NCBI GenBank assembly: GCA_963813475.1
Contig: CAWEZM010000024.1
Span: forward strand, 10,415-74,414
Length of the DNA: 64,000 nt
From: an uncultured Acidobacteriaceae bacterium
Lineage (GTDB): Bacteria > Acidobacteriota > Terriglobia > Terriglobales > Acidobacteriaceae
Direction of reading: 5' to 3'
The notes below the pieces were generated by a model. That model did no database searches and had not been told where the DNA came from. It saw only the letters and a list, made by a program, of their open reading frames with translations. Within the stretch, counting starts at the first letter, position 1. Every line of letters begins with the position of its first letter. Below, one piece after another: positions 36,926 to 47,537 of this stretch. The translations under genes were made by a program, and so were the position numbers.

Positions 36926-37387
36926 ATGGATAGGCCGGACTGCCGGATAGAAGCTGCGTCGAATGCGCATTGGAGCGAGTTGTCGCGGCTCTACATTGCT
37001 TATCGGGTTTTCTACGGCGAAGCTCCGGAGGAAGAGCGCGCGGCGGCGTTTATTCGCGATCGCGTCCGGCGATCATCTGGACGATATTTTCTGGCTTGGG
37101 ACGAAAGTTCTTCCGCCATCGGCTTTATGCATCTGATGCCTTCCACGAACACGTTGGCGATGCGGCCGATCTGGCTTCTTGAGGATCTTTATGTGGATGT
37201 GCCGGCTCGTGGCCAGGGCGTTGCCACCGCATTGCTAAGCTATGCAGAAGAGTTTGCCCGCAGCACCGGCGCCGAGCGACTTACCCTGGCCACCGCCCAC
37301 GATAACCTGGCGGCGCAGCATATTTATAAGAAGCTTGGGTACGTGCGCGAAGAGCATTTTTGGTATTTTCATCGTTTGCTTTCGTAG
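36926..37387 (+). CDS. GNAT-family N-acetyltransferase
   Basis: Acetyl-CoA-binding-like LEDLYVDVPARGQGVATALLSYAEEFARSTGAERLTL.., NLAAQHIYKKLGY. Start set at ATG 36926, outside the repeat element. Confidence 0.8.
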   Translation: MDRPDCRIEAASNAHWSELSRLYIAYRVFYGEAPEEERAAAFIRDRVRRSSGRYFLAWDESSSAIGFMHLMPSTNTLAMRPIWLLEDLYVDVPARGQGVATALLSYAEEFARSTGAERLTLATAHDNLAAQHIYKKLGYVREEHFWYFHRLLS

Positions 37388-37398
37388 GTGGAGATCCG

Positions 37399-38868
37399 AT
37401 GTTGCAACTCGATTGCAGTGAACTGATCCTCAGCCATGCCTGGATCGATAACCAGAGAACGGGGTCGAGTGATGGCCGCACGTTCACAGTAGAAGATCCC
37501 GCGGATGGCACGGTTCTGGCGACGCTGCCGGACTGCGGGCCGGTCGAAGCCGAGGCCGCGGTCGCCGCCGCGCAGCGAGCCTTCTGCAGTTGGCGTACTC
37601 TGCTGGCGAAAGAGCGGGCCCAGCATCTGCAAGCGTGGCTGGCGATGGTAAGGAAGCATGGGGAAGATCTTGCCCGCCTGATCTCGCTCGAAGAAGGAAA
37701 GCCGCTGAGCGAGAGTCGGGGCGAGGTCGCTTATGGCGCGGCTTATATCGAGTGGTTTGCCGAAGAGGCCAAGCGGATCTACGGCGATGTGATTCCCGAG
37801 CCCGCTCACGGGCGCAGGATCATCGTGACCAAAGAGCCGGTGGGTGTCGTGGCGGCCATTACTCCGTGGAACTTTCCCATCGCTATGCTGGCGCGCAAGA
37901 TCGCGCCGGCTCTGGCCGCCGGTTGCACGATCATCGCCAAGCCGGCGGAAGATACGCCGCTCTCCGCGCTCGCACTGGCGTTTCTGGCGGCTAAGGCAGG
38001 CGTTCCCGCCGGCGTCATTAACGTGGTTCCCGCCTCACGAGAGCGCGCCGCGGCAGTGGTCGATCCATGGCTGAACGATGCACGCGTGCGCAAGCTGTCC
38101 TTTACCGGGTCCACTCCGGTAGGCAAGCACCTGGCGCAGGGCTCAGCATCCACGCTTAAGCGGCTCTCGCTCGAGCTCGGCGGCAACGCTCCCTTCATCG
38201 TCTTTGACGATGCCGATCTGGGTGCGGCGGTGCGTGGGCTCATCGTTTCCAAGTTTCGCAATGCGGGCCAGACCTGCATTTGCGCCAATCGTATCTACAT
38301 CGCGGACTCGATCTACGACGTCTTCGCCGAGAAGCTGGTCAAGGCGGTTTCTGCGCTGTGTGTGGGGCGGGCCGGGGGAGAGGCCGAGATTGGTCCGCTC
38401 ATCAACGCCAAAGCAATAGAAAAGGTAGAACGCCACGTTGCCAACGCGGTCGCGCGTGGCGCGCGCGTCCTGCTTGGCGGCAAGCGGCATGCGTTGGGCG
38501 GCTATTTCTTTCAGCCCACTATTCTGGCCGACGTGGACGCCACCATGGACGTCGCCTGCGAAGAGACCTTTGGCCCAGTGGCGCCGCTCTTTCGCTTTCA
38601 TAGCGAGGACGAGGTGATTGCGGCAGCCAATGGGACGCCCTTCGGCCTCGCCGCCTATTTTTACGCACGTGACCTGGCCCGTGTCATGCGCGTCTCTGCA
38701 CAGTTGCAGGCGGGCATTGTTGGCGTCAATGAAGGAGCGGTCTCGACTGAGGTTGCGCCCTTCGGTGGTGTCAAGGAATCCGGTTATGGCCGGGAGGGCT
38801 CGATGTACGGAATCGACGAATACCTGCAGATGAAGTATCTCTGCCTGGGTGGATTAGGATCAGCGTAA
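37399..38868 (+). CDS. gabD: Succinate-semialdehyde dehydrogenase
   Basis: Near-colinear with E. coli GabD as I recall it: LLAKERAQHLQAW.., SLEEGKPLSESRGEVAYGAAYIEWFAEEAKRIYGDVIP, AAITPWNFP, LSFTGSTPVGK, LELGGNAPFIVFDDADL, FRNAGQTCICANR, EETFGPVAPLFRF, FGLAAYFYARDL. Confidence 0.9.
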   Translation: MLQLDCSELILSHAWIDNQRTGSSDGRTFTVEDPADGTVLATLPDCGPVEAEAAVAAAQRAFCSWRTLLAKERAQHLQAWLAMVRKHGEDLARLISLEEGKPLSESRGEVAYGAAYIEWFAEEAKRIYGDVIPEPAHGRRIIVTKEPVGVVAAITPWNFPIAMLARKIAPALAAGCTIIAKPAEDTPLSALALAFLAAKAGVPAGVINVVPASRERAAAVVDPWLNDARVRKLSFTGSTPVGKHLAQGSASTLKRLSLELGGNAPFIVFDDADLGAAVRGLIVSKFRNAGQTCICANRIYIADSIYDVFAEKLVKAVSALCVGRAGGEAEIGPLINAKAIEKVERHVANAVARGARVLLGGKRHALGGYFFQPTILADVDATMDVACEETFGPVAPLFRFHSEDEVIAAANGTPFGLAAYFYARDLARVMRVSAQLQAGIVGVNEGAVSTEVAPFGGVKESGYGREGSMYGIDEYLQMKYLCLGGLGSA

Positions 38869-38895
38869 AGTAGCTAAAGACAAGGGGAAAACATA

Positions 38896-40263
38896 ATGAG
38901 CGAGACTGTCACGACTCCCGAAGCCACGATGACCAGCCAGGAAGTGGTCGCATGGACCAAGAAGCTGAACTACGGCACCTGGAAGTATCAGAAGAGCTGG
39001 AATCCCTTGCATGTTGTCGATGCCGAGGGATGCTACTTCACGGACGGGAATGGCAAGCGCTATCTCGATTTTTCGGCGCAGTTGATGTGCTGCAACCTGG
39101 GGCACAAGAATCAGGCGGTCATTCAGGCGATTGAAGAGCAGGCGCGCAAGCTGGCATACATCATGCCCGGCTACGCGACCGATACCCGGGCAGAGTTGAG
39201 CCGTCTTCTGCTGGAGGTATTGCCTGAGGGATTGACCAAGTTTTTTTTCACTACGTCGGGGACGGAGGCGAATGAGGCTGCCTTCAAGATTGCCCGCATG
39301 TATACCGGGAAAACCAAGATCATTGCGCGCTATCGCTCTTACCACGGGTCCACTATGGCCTCCATCGCGGCAACGGGCGATCCGCGGCGCTGGGCGATGG
39401 AGCCGGGCGGCAAGGGGCAGGGGTTTTTATTCGCGCCGGAAGTGAACTGCTACAAATGTCCCATCAAGCACACGTATCCGGAGTGCGGAATCGCCTGTGC
39501 CGACTACCTCGCGCACATGATCGAGAACGAACACGATGTGGCCGCAGTGATCGTCGAGCCAGTGGTTGGAACCAACGGCGTGCTGATACCGCCGCCGGAA
39601 TATATGCCCAAGCTGCGCGAGATCTGCGACCGCACCGGAGTCCTGTTGATTGCCGACGAGGTCATGTCGGGTTGGGGCCGCACCGGGGAGTGGTTTGCGA
39701 TGGACCACTGGGGCGTTAAGCCGGATATTCTGGTTACCGCCAAGGGCATCACTTCGGCTTACGTTCCCCTCGGGTTGTGCGCCACAACGGGCAAGATCGC
39801 CGAATACTTTGAAGACCACTTCTTTTCCCATGGGCATACGTATGAGGCCCATCCCATAACGCTGGCGCCCGCCGTGGCGGCGATCAAAGAGTTTCAGCGC
39901 ATGGACCTGGTGAATCGCGCTCGCGAGATGGGCAAGTACGTGGGCGAAAAGCTGCACGCGCTCAAGCCCAAGCATCCGTCCATCGGCGAAGTGCGGGGGC
40001 TGGGCCTCTTTTGGGCACTCGAAATGGTGAAAGACCAGGTGAATAAAACTCCGTTCAACACCAAGCAGGATAAAGTCGACGGGAAGGTCGCGGTGGTCGA
40101 AAAGGTGGCGGCGGAGATGATGAAGCGGGGCGTTTCCATCCAGGCGTGGATCAGCCATTTTGTCATTGCACCGCCTCTGATCATCGAGAAGTCAGAGATT
40201 GACTTCGCGGTCGAACAGCTCGATCAATCCCTGGCCATCGCCGATGCCGCCATCGGGCAGTAG
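38896..40263 (+). CDS. Class-III omega-aminotransferase (beta-alanine/diamine-pyruvate type)
   Basis: YLDFSAQLMCCNLGHKN, TTSGTEANEAAFKIARMYTGKTKII, VIVEPVVGTNG, IADEVMSGWGRTGEWFA, TAKGITSAYVPLG. Confidence 0.85.
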   Translation: MSETVTTPEATMTSQEVVAWTKKLNYGTWKYQKSWNPLHVVDAEGCYFTDGNGKRYLDFSAQLMCCNLGHKNQAVIQAIEEQARKLAYIMPGYATDTRAELSRLLLEVLPEGLTKFFFTTSGTEANEAAFKIARMYTGKTKIIARYRSYHGSTMASIAATGDPRRWAMEPGGKGQGFLFAPEVNCYKCPIKHTYPECGIACADYLAHMIENEHDVAAVIVEPVVGTNGVLIPPPEYMPKLREICDRTGVLLIADEVMSGWGRTGEWFAMDHWGVKPDILVTAKGITSAYVPLGLCATTGKIAEYFEDHFFSHGHTYEAHPITLAPAVAAIKEFQRMDLVNRAREMGKYVGEKLHALKPKHPSIGEVRGLGLFWALEMVKDQVNKTPFNTKQDKVDGKVAVVEKVAAEMMKRGVSIQAWISHFVIAPPLIIEKSEIDFAVEQLDQSLAIADAAIGQ

Positions 40264-40276
40264 CCAGGGTCGGTTA

Positions 40277-41470
40277 GTGGAAAAGTATGACCTGATTGTC
40301 ATTGGACTGGGCGCGGTGGGCAGCGCGGCGCTATGCCAGTCGGCGTTGCGCCGCGCCCGCGTGTTGGGCATTGATCGCTTCCACCCGCCACACGAATTTG
40401 GCTCCAGCCATGGAGAGACACGCATCACCCGGCAGGCGGTTGGGGAGGGAGCGGAATTTGTTCCCCTGGTCCTGCGAGCCAACGTGCTCTGGCGAGCACT
40501 GGAAGCAGCGACAGGTGAGAGGTTGCTGGTCCAGAACGGCGGCCTGATCCTGGTTGACGACACGGACGCGCAGGGCGCGGGCGCGGCCTTCTACCGGCAA
40601 ACGGTGGATTGCGCACGGCAATTCGGGATCGCCCATCAGATCCTCGCCGCCGACGAGATGCGGCAACGATTTCCCCAGTTTGTTCTGCAGGATGGCGCAC
40701 AGGGTTATCTCGAGCCGGGCGCCGGGTTTCTGTTTCCGGAAAAGTGTATTGCCGCGCAGTTGCGCGTCGCCCGGGAAAATCGCGCTGAGGTGCGCATGGG
40801 CGAGATTGTCACCGAGGTGATTGCAGATAGCTCCCAGGTTGTGGTGCAGACGAATCGGTCGCGCTATGCCGCTGCCGGCGTGGTGGTGTCGCCCGGGCCT
40901 TGGATGGCGGAATGGGCACGCAAAATCTGTGGCCTTGAGGAGGCCTGCTTTGCGGTGTATCGTCAGACGCTTTATTGGTTCGCTCTGCAGGGGTTCAGTC
41001 CACGATTTATGCCGGAGCAGATGCCGATATTCCTGTGGAGTTCTCCGAAGGTGGAGAAGGGGTTTTATGGTTTTCCCAGCCTGGACGGCGTGAGCATCAA
41101 GATGGCGACAGAGCAATTTGACACGGTGAGTGATGCAAATGATGGTCCGATGACCGTGCCGCCGGCGCAGGCGGAGAGCTTTTACGATGGGTATGTGCGG
41201 GAGAGCTTGAGGGGGCTGAGCAGCCGGTGTTTACGGAGTGCTACTTGTTTCTACACCGTGGTTCCGGATCATCGGTTTGTGATTGATCATGGTGTCGACT
41301 CTGAGCGGGTATGGTTTGCTTCGGCGTGTTCTGGGCACGGGTTTAAGCATTCCGCGGCTGTAGGGGAGGCGTTGGCGCTGAAGGCCTTGGGCGAGGTTGC
41401 CACCGTTGATTTGCGGCCGTTTGCGCGGGAGCGGTTCATGGTAGATCGCTCTCTGGCGGACGCGACTTAG
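40277..41470 (+). CDS. FAD-dependent secondary-amine oxidase (monomeric sarcosine oxidase / N-methyltryptophan oxidase SolA-like)
   Basis: KYDLIVIGLGAVGSAAL, FHPPHEFGSSHGETRITRQAVGEG, C-terminal ASACSGHGFKHS (the covalent-FAD Cys context). Start proposed at GTG 40277, just after the upstream stop. Confidence 0.75.
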   Translation: MEKYDLIVIGLGAVGSAALCQSALRRARVLGIDRFHPPHEFGSSHGETRITRQAVGEGAEFVPLVLRANVLWRALEAATGERLLVQNGGLILVDDTDAQGAGAAFYRQTVDCARQFGIAHQILAADEMRQRFPQFVLQDGAQGYLEPGAGFLFPEKCIAAQLRVARENRAEVRMGEIVTEVIADSSQVVVQTNRSRYAAAGVVVSPGPWMAEWARKICGLEEACFAVYRQTLYWFALQGFSPRFMPEQMPIFLWSSPKVEKGFYGFPSLDGVSIKMATEQFDTVSDANDGPMTVPPAQAESFYDGYVRESLRGLSSRCLRSATCFYTVVPDHRFVIDHGVDSERVWFASACSGHGFKHSAAVGEALALKALGEVATVDLRPFARERFMVDRSLADAT

Positions 41471-41510
41471 TTGCTGATCGATATCGCACCAAGCGATCGT
41501 CGGGCTTCGA

Positions 41511-41918
41511 CCATAAGCGCTAACTTGTTTAGAATGTTTTCGTCAAAACTCCCACAAAATCGTCATCCTGAGCGGAGCGCCTCTCAGATTTATCGCGTGA
41601 CGCAGCGCTTGGCGGCGCGGAGTCGAAGGACCCCGGCGATGCTTATCTGCCCCATGCTGCTCGGAGCTTTTCGACCACCGAAGCCCGAAAACAGGAGCTG
41701 CTGCGGTACGCACTTGATGGTCACGGGTACATCGTTTCATGCACTGTAATCATCTTCCATTCCCAGGTCTGTGTTGAAAAGCTCCGAGCGGCATGGGTAA
41801 GATAAGCACCGCCGGGGTCCTTCGACTCCGCGCCGCCAAGCGCTGCGTCACGCGATAAATCTGAGAGGCGCTCCGCTCAGGATGACGATTTTGTGGGAGT
41901 TTTGGCGAAAATATTCTG
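41511..41918. repeat. Large palindromic (long-hairpin) intergenic element, copy 1
   Basis: 41545-41675 and 41773-41903 are reverse complements with 5 mismatches in 131 nt (aligned by hand). The arms extend a further 14 nt or so. The central core of about 95 nt is conserved with copy 2 at 51196-51676. Confidence 0.85.
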
Positions 41919-41936
41919 TTGGAGGGATCCGCGGCT

Positions 41937-43034
<1,098 letters not shown>

Positions 43035-43058
43035 AGAGTTCCTTCCTCAAAGGGATCA

Positions 43059-43073
43059 TTGACCGCAGGTCAA
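43059..43073. promoter_or_regulatory. Candidate operator palindrome between the Rieske oxygenase and TetR genes
   Basis: TTGACC-GCA-GGTCAA, with perfect 6-bp arms, in the 116-bp divergent intergenic region. Confidence 0.4.
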
Positions 43074-43150
43074 ATTGGTGGCACGATGCTGGCTGGTTTG
43101 GGAAACCTTCCTTCAGGAGCATACACGCACTCCTGGAGCGGGGAGCAGCG

Positions 43151-43831
43151 ATGAATCGAACGAAACGCCAACCCGTACCGGCCAAGCGAGCACACATTGT
43201 AGATGTGGCCATGCGGCACTTTGCCGAGCACGGCTACGAGGATGCGCGTACCGAGGACATTGCGCGCGAGGCCGGGATCGCGAAAGGCGCGGTCTTTCAG
43301 CACTTCGGAAACAAACAAGGGCTTTTTCTGGCTGCGTACAAGCGTGCGGCTGGGTCGTTTTTTCGCTACCTGGACGCTCCGCCGGAGATAAGAACGAGAG
43401 GCTTTTGGGAAATGCTGCGCTACTGGCTTATGCGCACCGAGCTGCAGGTGCGGGCGAACTGGCAGCCGTACCGGGTGGCGCTTTTAGGCAATTACGGTAC
43501 CGGCCTGCGCTTGAAGCGGGATATCAATCGCTTTCTGGCGGCGGAGGACCCATGTGGGACCGCAGCCTTCGTGCGCCAGGGATTGAAGGAAGGCGCGCTG
43601 CGAGGGGATGTCGATAGCGAGATGATCGTCTCGTTATTGGAGTGGACGGTAGAACGATTTGAAGATGAGTTGCTGACGGAAGAACTTGACCCGGGGTTAT
43701 TCCATCGAGCTGGGATTTCTAAAAAAAAGACCACCCGGCGGATGGATCATTTTCTCCGGGTGCTGCAAGGGGCGATTGGGAATCCGCGACCGGCGGTCAG
43801 AAAGCACCGAATCGCAGCCAAGGCCCACTGA
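43151..43831 (+). CDS. TetR-family transcriptional regulator
   Basis: RAHIVDVAMRHFAEHGYEDARTEDIAREAGIAKGAVFQHFGNKQGLF. Confidence 0.9.
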   Translation: MNRTKRQPVPAKRAHIVDVAMRHFAEHGYEDARTEDIAREAGIAKGAVFQHFGNKQGLFLAAYKRAAGSFFRYLDAPPEIRTRGFWEMLRYWLMRTELQVRANWQPYRVALLGNYGTGLRLKRDINRFLAAEDPCGTAAFVRQGLKEGALRGDVDSEMIVSLLEWTVERFEDELLTEELDPGLFHRAGISKKKTTRRMDHFLRVLQGAIGNPRPAVRKHRIAAKAH

Positions 43832-43951
43832 TGGGCGCGCGCTCCATCCGAGCCGCCCTGCTCCGATTGGGTTCTGCTACGAAGCGAACCATCCAGTCGG
43901 GTGCAGCGGTATCCCACATCTCGCGAAAAACGACGAGATATGGGGCACCCG

Positions 43952-45370
43952 TCATTCGTTGCAGATGGGGATTGTCAGGTGAGCTTGCTCTATCGAGCGT
44001 TGGCCGCGGCGGTAGATGGCCACGCCGGCCAGCAACAATACGCATGTCATGGCGAGAATCTTGAAGAGCGCCGCGGATGGGTTGTGCTCATCTTCCGCCG
44101 GAAAGAGGGCGAGGATGATGGCGGCCATGGTGGAGAAAAATCCCAAGCAGGCTAGCGGGATGGCCAATCGTCTTCCCCATGGCAGGCGGATTGCGTCCGG
44201 CGCAGATGGCCGCCCTTGCAGCCGGATCATGGCGGCAAAGAGGAAGAGATAAGGAATGAAGTAGGTGATGACAGTCATGCTGACCAGCATGTCGTAAGCG
44301 CCTTTGACACTGGTTCCGACTTGGCTGAGTAGGCCAAAGAGCATCCCCGCCACCCCGTAGGAGATGACGGCGACATAAGGAGTCTTCCATCGCGGGTGAA
44401 TACGCCCAAAGACTGAAGGCAAGTAATGGTTGATGCCGGCGACAAAGGGGAGCCGCGCGGTTGCCGTGAGATAAGCGGCGGCTGCTCCGACGTTGCTGAT
44501 GGCCACCAGGATCGCGACGGGTGCAACCAAAAGCCTAACGCCCAGACGGCGGCATAGAAAATCGATGGCAGTCATAAAGCCGCCCAGGCCGCTGATGCTG
44601 CTCGATGGCAATGCCACCAACATGGCTACTGTTCCCGCCAGGTAGCCGAGGGTGATCACGACGCCGGCTACCAGAATGGAACGGGGGATGACACGGCGGG
44701 GGTTTTTGACCTCTTCGCCCATGAAGGACACGGTCTCGACCCCGCCGAAGGCGAAAAAGATAGTGGACCAGAAGACCAGGTCTTTTACGTGGGCATGCGG
44801 GACGACACCCGCCAGGGTGAACTGAGTGGCAGAGCCAAAGCGGGAAAACGACAGCCAGCCAAGGGCAATGAGGATCAATACCGGCAGCGCCATGCCCACT
44901 GCGCCCAGATTATTGAGCCACTTGCCAAGGTTGAGCCCGAGCACGTTGAGCACGGTAATCAGCGCCAGCATGCCTACGGTAAAGAGCAGGAAATAGATGT
45001 TGGTGTCCGCCAGGTGCTGACCGCGAGGAATGGCGAAAAGCAGGCTGCTGGCGGCGAAGTACAGCACCGCGGCGAAGTAGGGTAGATTGCTCATCCAGTA
45101 GGTCCACCCGGCCATAAAGGCGGCAAATTCGCCGTAGGCTTCGCGGGTCCAGACGTAGAGACCACCTTCCTGCGGATAGCGGGAGGAGAGCTCGAGCACG
45201 CAGCCGGCCAGGGGCAGGAAGAATCCGCACCAGGCCAGCAGCCATACCACGATGGCCGATTGCCCGGACGCGGCTGCGGTGGCAATCCAGCGCAGGCTGA
45301 GGCCGCTGACGATATAGAAGAGAACAACGTCGCGAAAGCCAAGTTCTCGTTTCAGCTTCTCTGCGGCCAT
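43952..45370 (-). CDS. APC-superfamily amino acid/amine permease
   Basis: 472 aa with about 12 helices. N-terminal LKRELGFRDVVLFYIVSGLSLRWIATAAASG.., YPQEGGLYVWTREAYG. Confidence 0.85.
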   Translation of the reverse strand: MAAEKLKRELGFRDVVLFYIVSGLSLRWIATAAASGQSAIVVWLLAWCGFFLPLAGCVLELSSRYPQEGGLYVWTREAYGEFAAFMAGWTYWMSNLPYFAAVLYFAASSLLFAIPRGQHLADTNIYFLLFTVGMLALITVLNVLGLNLGKWLNNLGAVGMALPVLILIALGWLSFSRFGSATQFTLAGVVPHAHVKDLVFWSTIFFAFGGVETVSFMGEEVKNPRRVIPRSILVAGVVITLGYLAGTVAMLVALPSSSISGLGGFMTAIDFLCRRLGVRLLVAPVAILVAISNVGAAAAYLTATARLPFVAGINHYLPSVFGRIHPRWKTPYVAVISYGVAGMLFGLLSQVGTSVKGAYDMLVSMTVITYFIPYLFLFAAMIRLQGRPSAPDAIRLPWGRRLAIPLACLGFFSTMAAIILALFPAEDEHNPSAALFKILAMTCVLLLAGVAIYRRGQRSIEQAHLTIPICNE

Positions 45371-45406
45371 GAACGAACCTCGCGCGGATGAACGGGGCCC
45401 TGCGAT

Positions 45407-47024
45407 CTATTGCATGTCTTTGAGCACGGCCATGGCGGCATTACGGCCATTCATCGCGATGACGCTTCCGCCCGGATGGGTGCAGGCGCCACAAAGGTAG
45501 ACGCCGGGCATGGAGGTGCGGGCGGCGAAGCGATGGCTCCACATGTTTTCGGGCAGGCACTCGCCTTGAAAGATATGACCGCCGGTCAAACCGACTTTTT
45601 CTTCGATATCCGGCGGGCCCATCACCTGCGCCTCGAGCACGGCGCCGGGAAGGTTGGAGCAGAAGCGGCCGATGGAATCGAAGGCCAGCTTGCGCACGCA
45701 ATCGCGATGGTCGTCCCAGGAACCGGTGGCGAAGGTGTGGGGCACATATTGCGCAAAGACGCTCATGGTGTGCCGGCCCGCGGGAACCACGCTTGGATCA
45801 TGCACGCTCTGGAAGTAGATCTCGCACCATAGGTGCTGGGGCAGTTCTCCCTTGCGGCTGGCGGCAAAGCCGGCTTTCCATTCCGAGTGGGTCAAGGGCG
45901 CGTTGATCTGGCCGTAGTGGTGGGGTTGGTTCTGGCCGGGACGAGCGATGAAATCGGGCAGCTCGCGCAACAGTACATTCAGTTTTACAGTGCACCCTTG
46001 TATGGCCAGATGCTCCACTTTTGACCGGAAGTCAGAAGTGGCTGATTTGCCGAGCAGGCGGAGGGTAACGACAGGGTCGGCATTCGAAATCACGACGGGT
46101 GCGGAGAGGCGTTCGCCACTTTCCAGCAGCACTCCCTCGCCGGGGAGAATCTCTGCCACCGCAACTCCGGCCGCGACCACGGCCCCAGCCTCGCGCGCCG
46201 CGTCGCAGAAGTAGAAAGAGACCATGCCCATGCCGCCCTGCACGTACCCCCACATGCCCGGCATGCCGCCCAGCCGGCCGGAGGAATGGTGATAGCGGAT
46301 GGAGGCGGTGCCGGGATCGAAGGGGCTGGCGTTGGTGCCGATGACTCCCTGGCCCAGGTAGGCGTATTGCAGACGCTCGTCCTCGAGATAGTGCTCGACG
46401 AACTCGGCCATGGACCAATGGAAGAGCACGTTGCGGGCTTCTTCGTCGTTGCCCAGGCGGGCGTCGATCTCCTCGCTGGGTGGGCGCATCGCCGATCCAA
46501 AGATCGCGCGGGCCTGCAGGCCGCAGCGCATCGCGCAGACGCCGCACCACGGCGGTCATCGCTTTCCAGCCATTCACATCGCGGGGAGCAAAGCGGCGGA
46601 TCTCTTCTTCGCAGGCGTCGTCGTCATCCCAGAGTTGCACGCTGCTGCCGTCGAGAAAGGGAACAAACATGCCGTTGACCGCGGGCGTCCAGTGGAAGCC
46701 GCGCTTAGGCAGGTCGAGTTCGTCGACTACCAGCGGATGCAGAAGGCCGGCGAGGTAAGCGCAGGGCGACATGCGGACGCCGGGGAAGGGCTCTTCGATG
46801 GTACAAGCGCCGCCAACGCGCGCGCGGCTTTCGAGCACCAGCACGCGTTTGCCGGCACGGGCCAGGTACGCGGCGCAGGCGAGGCCGTTATGACCGGCGC
46901 CAACGACGATGGCGTCCCAAGGCGCGAGGCAAGTTGAGAGATGGGCTCGGGAAGGCCAATCTCGCCCAGGACCGCGGCTGTGGGTGACGCTGTGGTGCGT
47001 TCTGCCAAGAGGGACATCCTTCAT
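45407..47024 (-). pseudogene. CrtI/phytoene-desaturase-family NAD(P)/FAD oxidoreductase with a frame break near 46485-46500
   Basis: The N-terminal part, WDAIVVGAGHNGLACAAYLARAGKRVLVLESRARVGGA...AVVRRLRDALRPAGPRDLWIGDAP, then runs into Arg/Pro-rich nonsense. The sensible continuation PSEEIDARLGNDEEARNVLFHWSMAEFVEHYL...CGACTHPGGSV is in the frame of ORF 45407..46531. The start codon is uncertain. Confidence 0.7.
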
Positions 47025-47110
47025 GACTCGCGGTCACAAATTGCCAAGTGAACTCAGATTGGGCGAACGGTAACACCCCGTAGCGCCGAGCAATGATGCA
47101 TTGTAGATGG

Positions 47111-47492
47111 TCAAGCTCGACCGCGAAGCCGGTCAAGTACACGGCGATTGCGTTTCGAGGGTTTCCCTGCCGACAGGGTTTCGAAGCGCGGCATCGCTTT
47201 GCGCTCCTCCGCCAGCTGCTGGCGCAACGCGCGGCTCGCCTCTGTCTCCCGGTAAAGCGTCTTGCGCAACGGCGGCCGGGCCGCGCACTTCGCTGAGCAG
47301 CAGGACCTCCACTTGAAAGTCTCCACCTTCGGTCTTGACCTGCAAGAGGTCGCCGACGCGCACCGGGCGCGCGCTCTTGGCCGGCTGTCCATTGGAGGTT
47401 ACCCGGCCCAGTTCACAGGCCCGTGCCGCCAGCGCGCGGGTCTTGAAGAATCTGGCCGCCCAAAGCCACTTGTCCATGCGTAACTCGGTCAT
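47111..47492 (-). pseudogene. hslR: Ribosome-associated heat-shock protein Hsp15 (S4-domain RNA-binding), frame break near 47270-47285
   Basis: MRMDKWLWAARFFKTRALAARACELGRV..NGQPAKSARPVRVGDLL matches the Hsp15 N-terminus. After ..EVRGPAAVAQ the expected tail TLYRETEASRALRQQLAEERKAM..KPSKRNRRVLDRL is in the frame of ORF 47111..47392. Confidence 0.75.
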
Positions 47493-47537
47493 GCTTCCAT
47501 TGTCGTCTATACTGGTATTGTCCTGAGTACTAAGGGG

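Noticed and set aside
41471-41749. ORFs inside the palindromic and inverted-repeat elements (41471..41749, 41543..41740, 51406..51588, 51599..51937, 36706..36900, 36770..36970)
   Set aside because: They are translations of repeat arms, and mirror-image ORFs appear on both strands. They have no ribosome-binding sites and are low-complexity and Arg-rich. The elements carry no transposase, so they are not autonomous IS elements.
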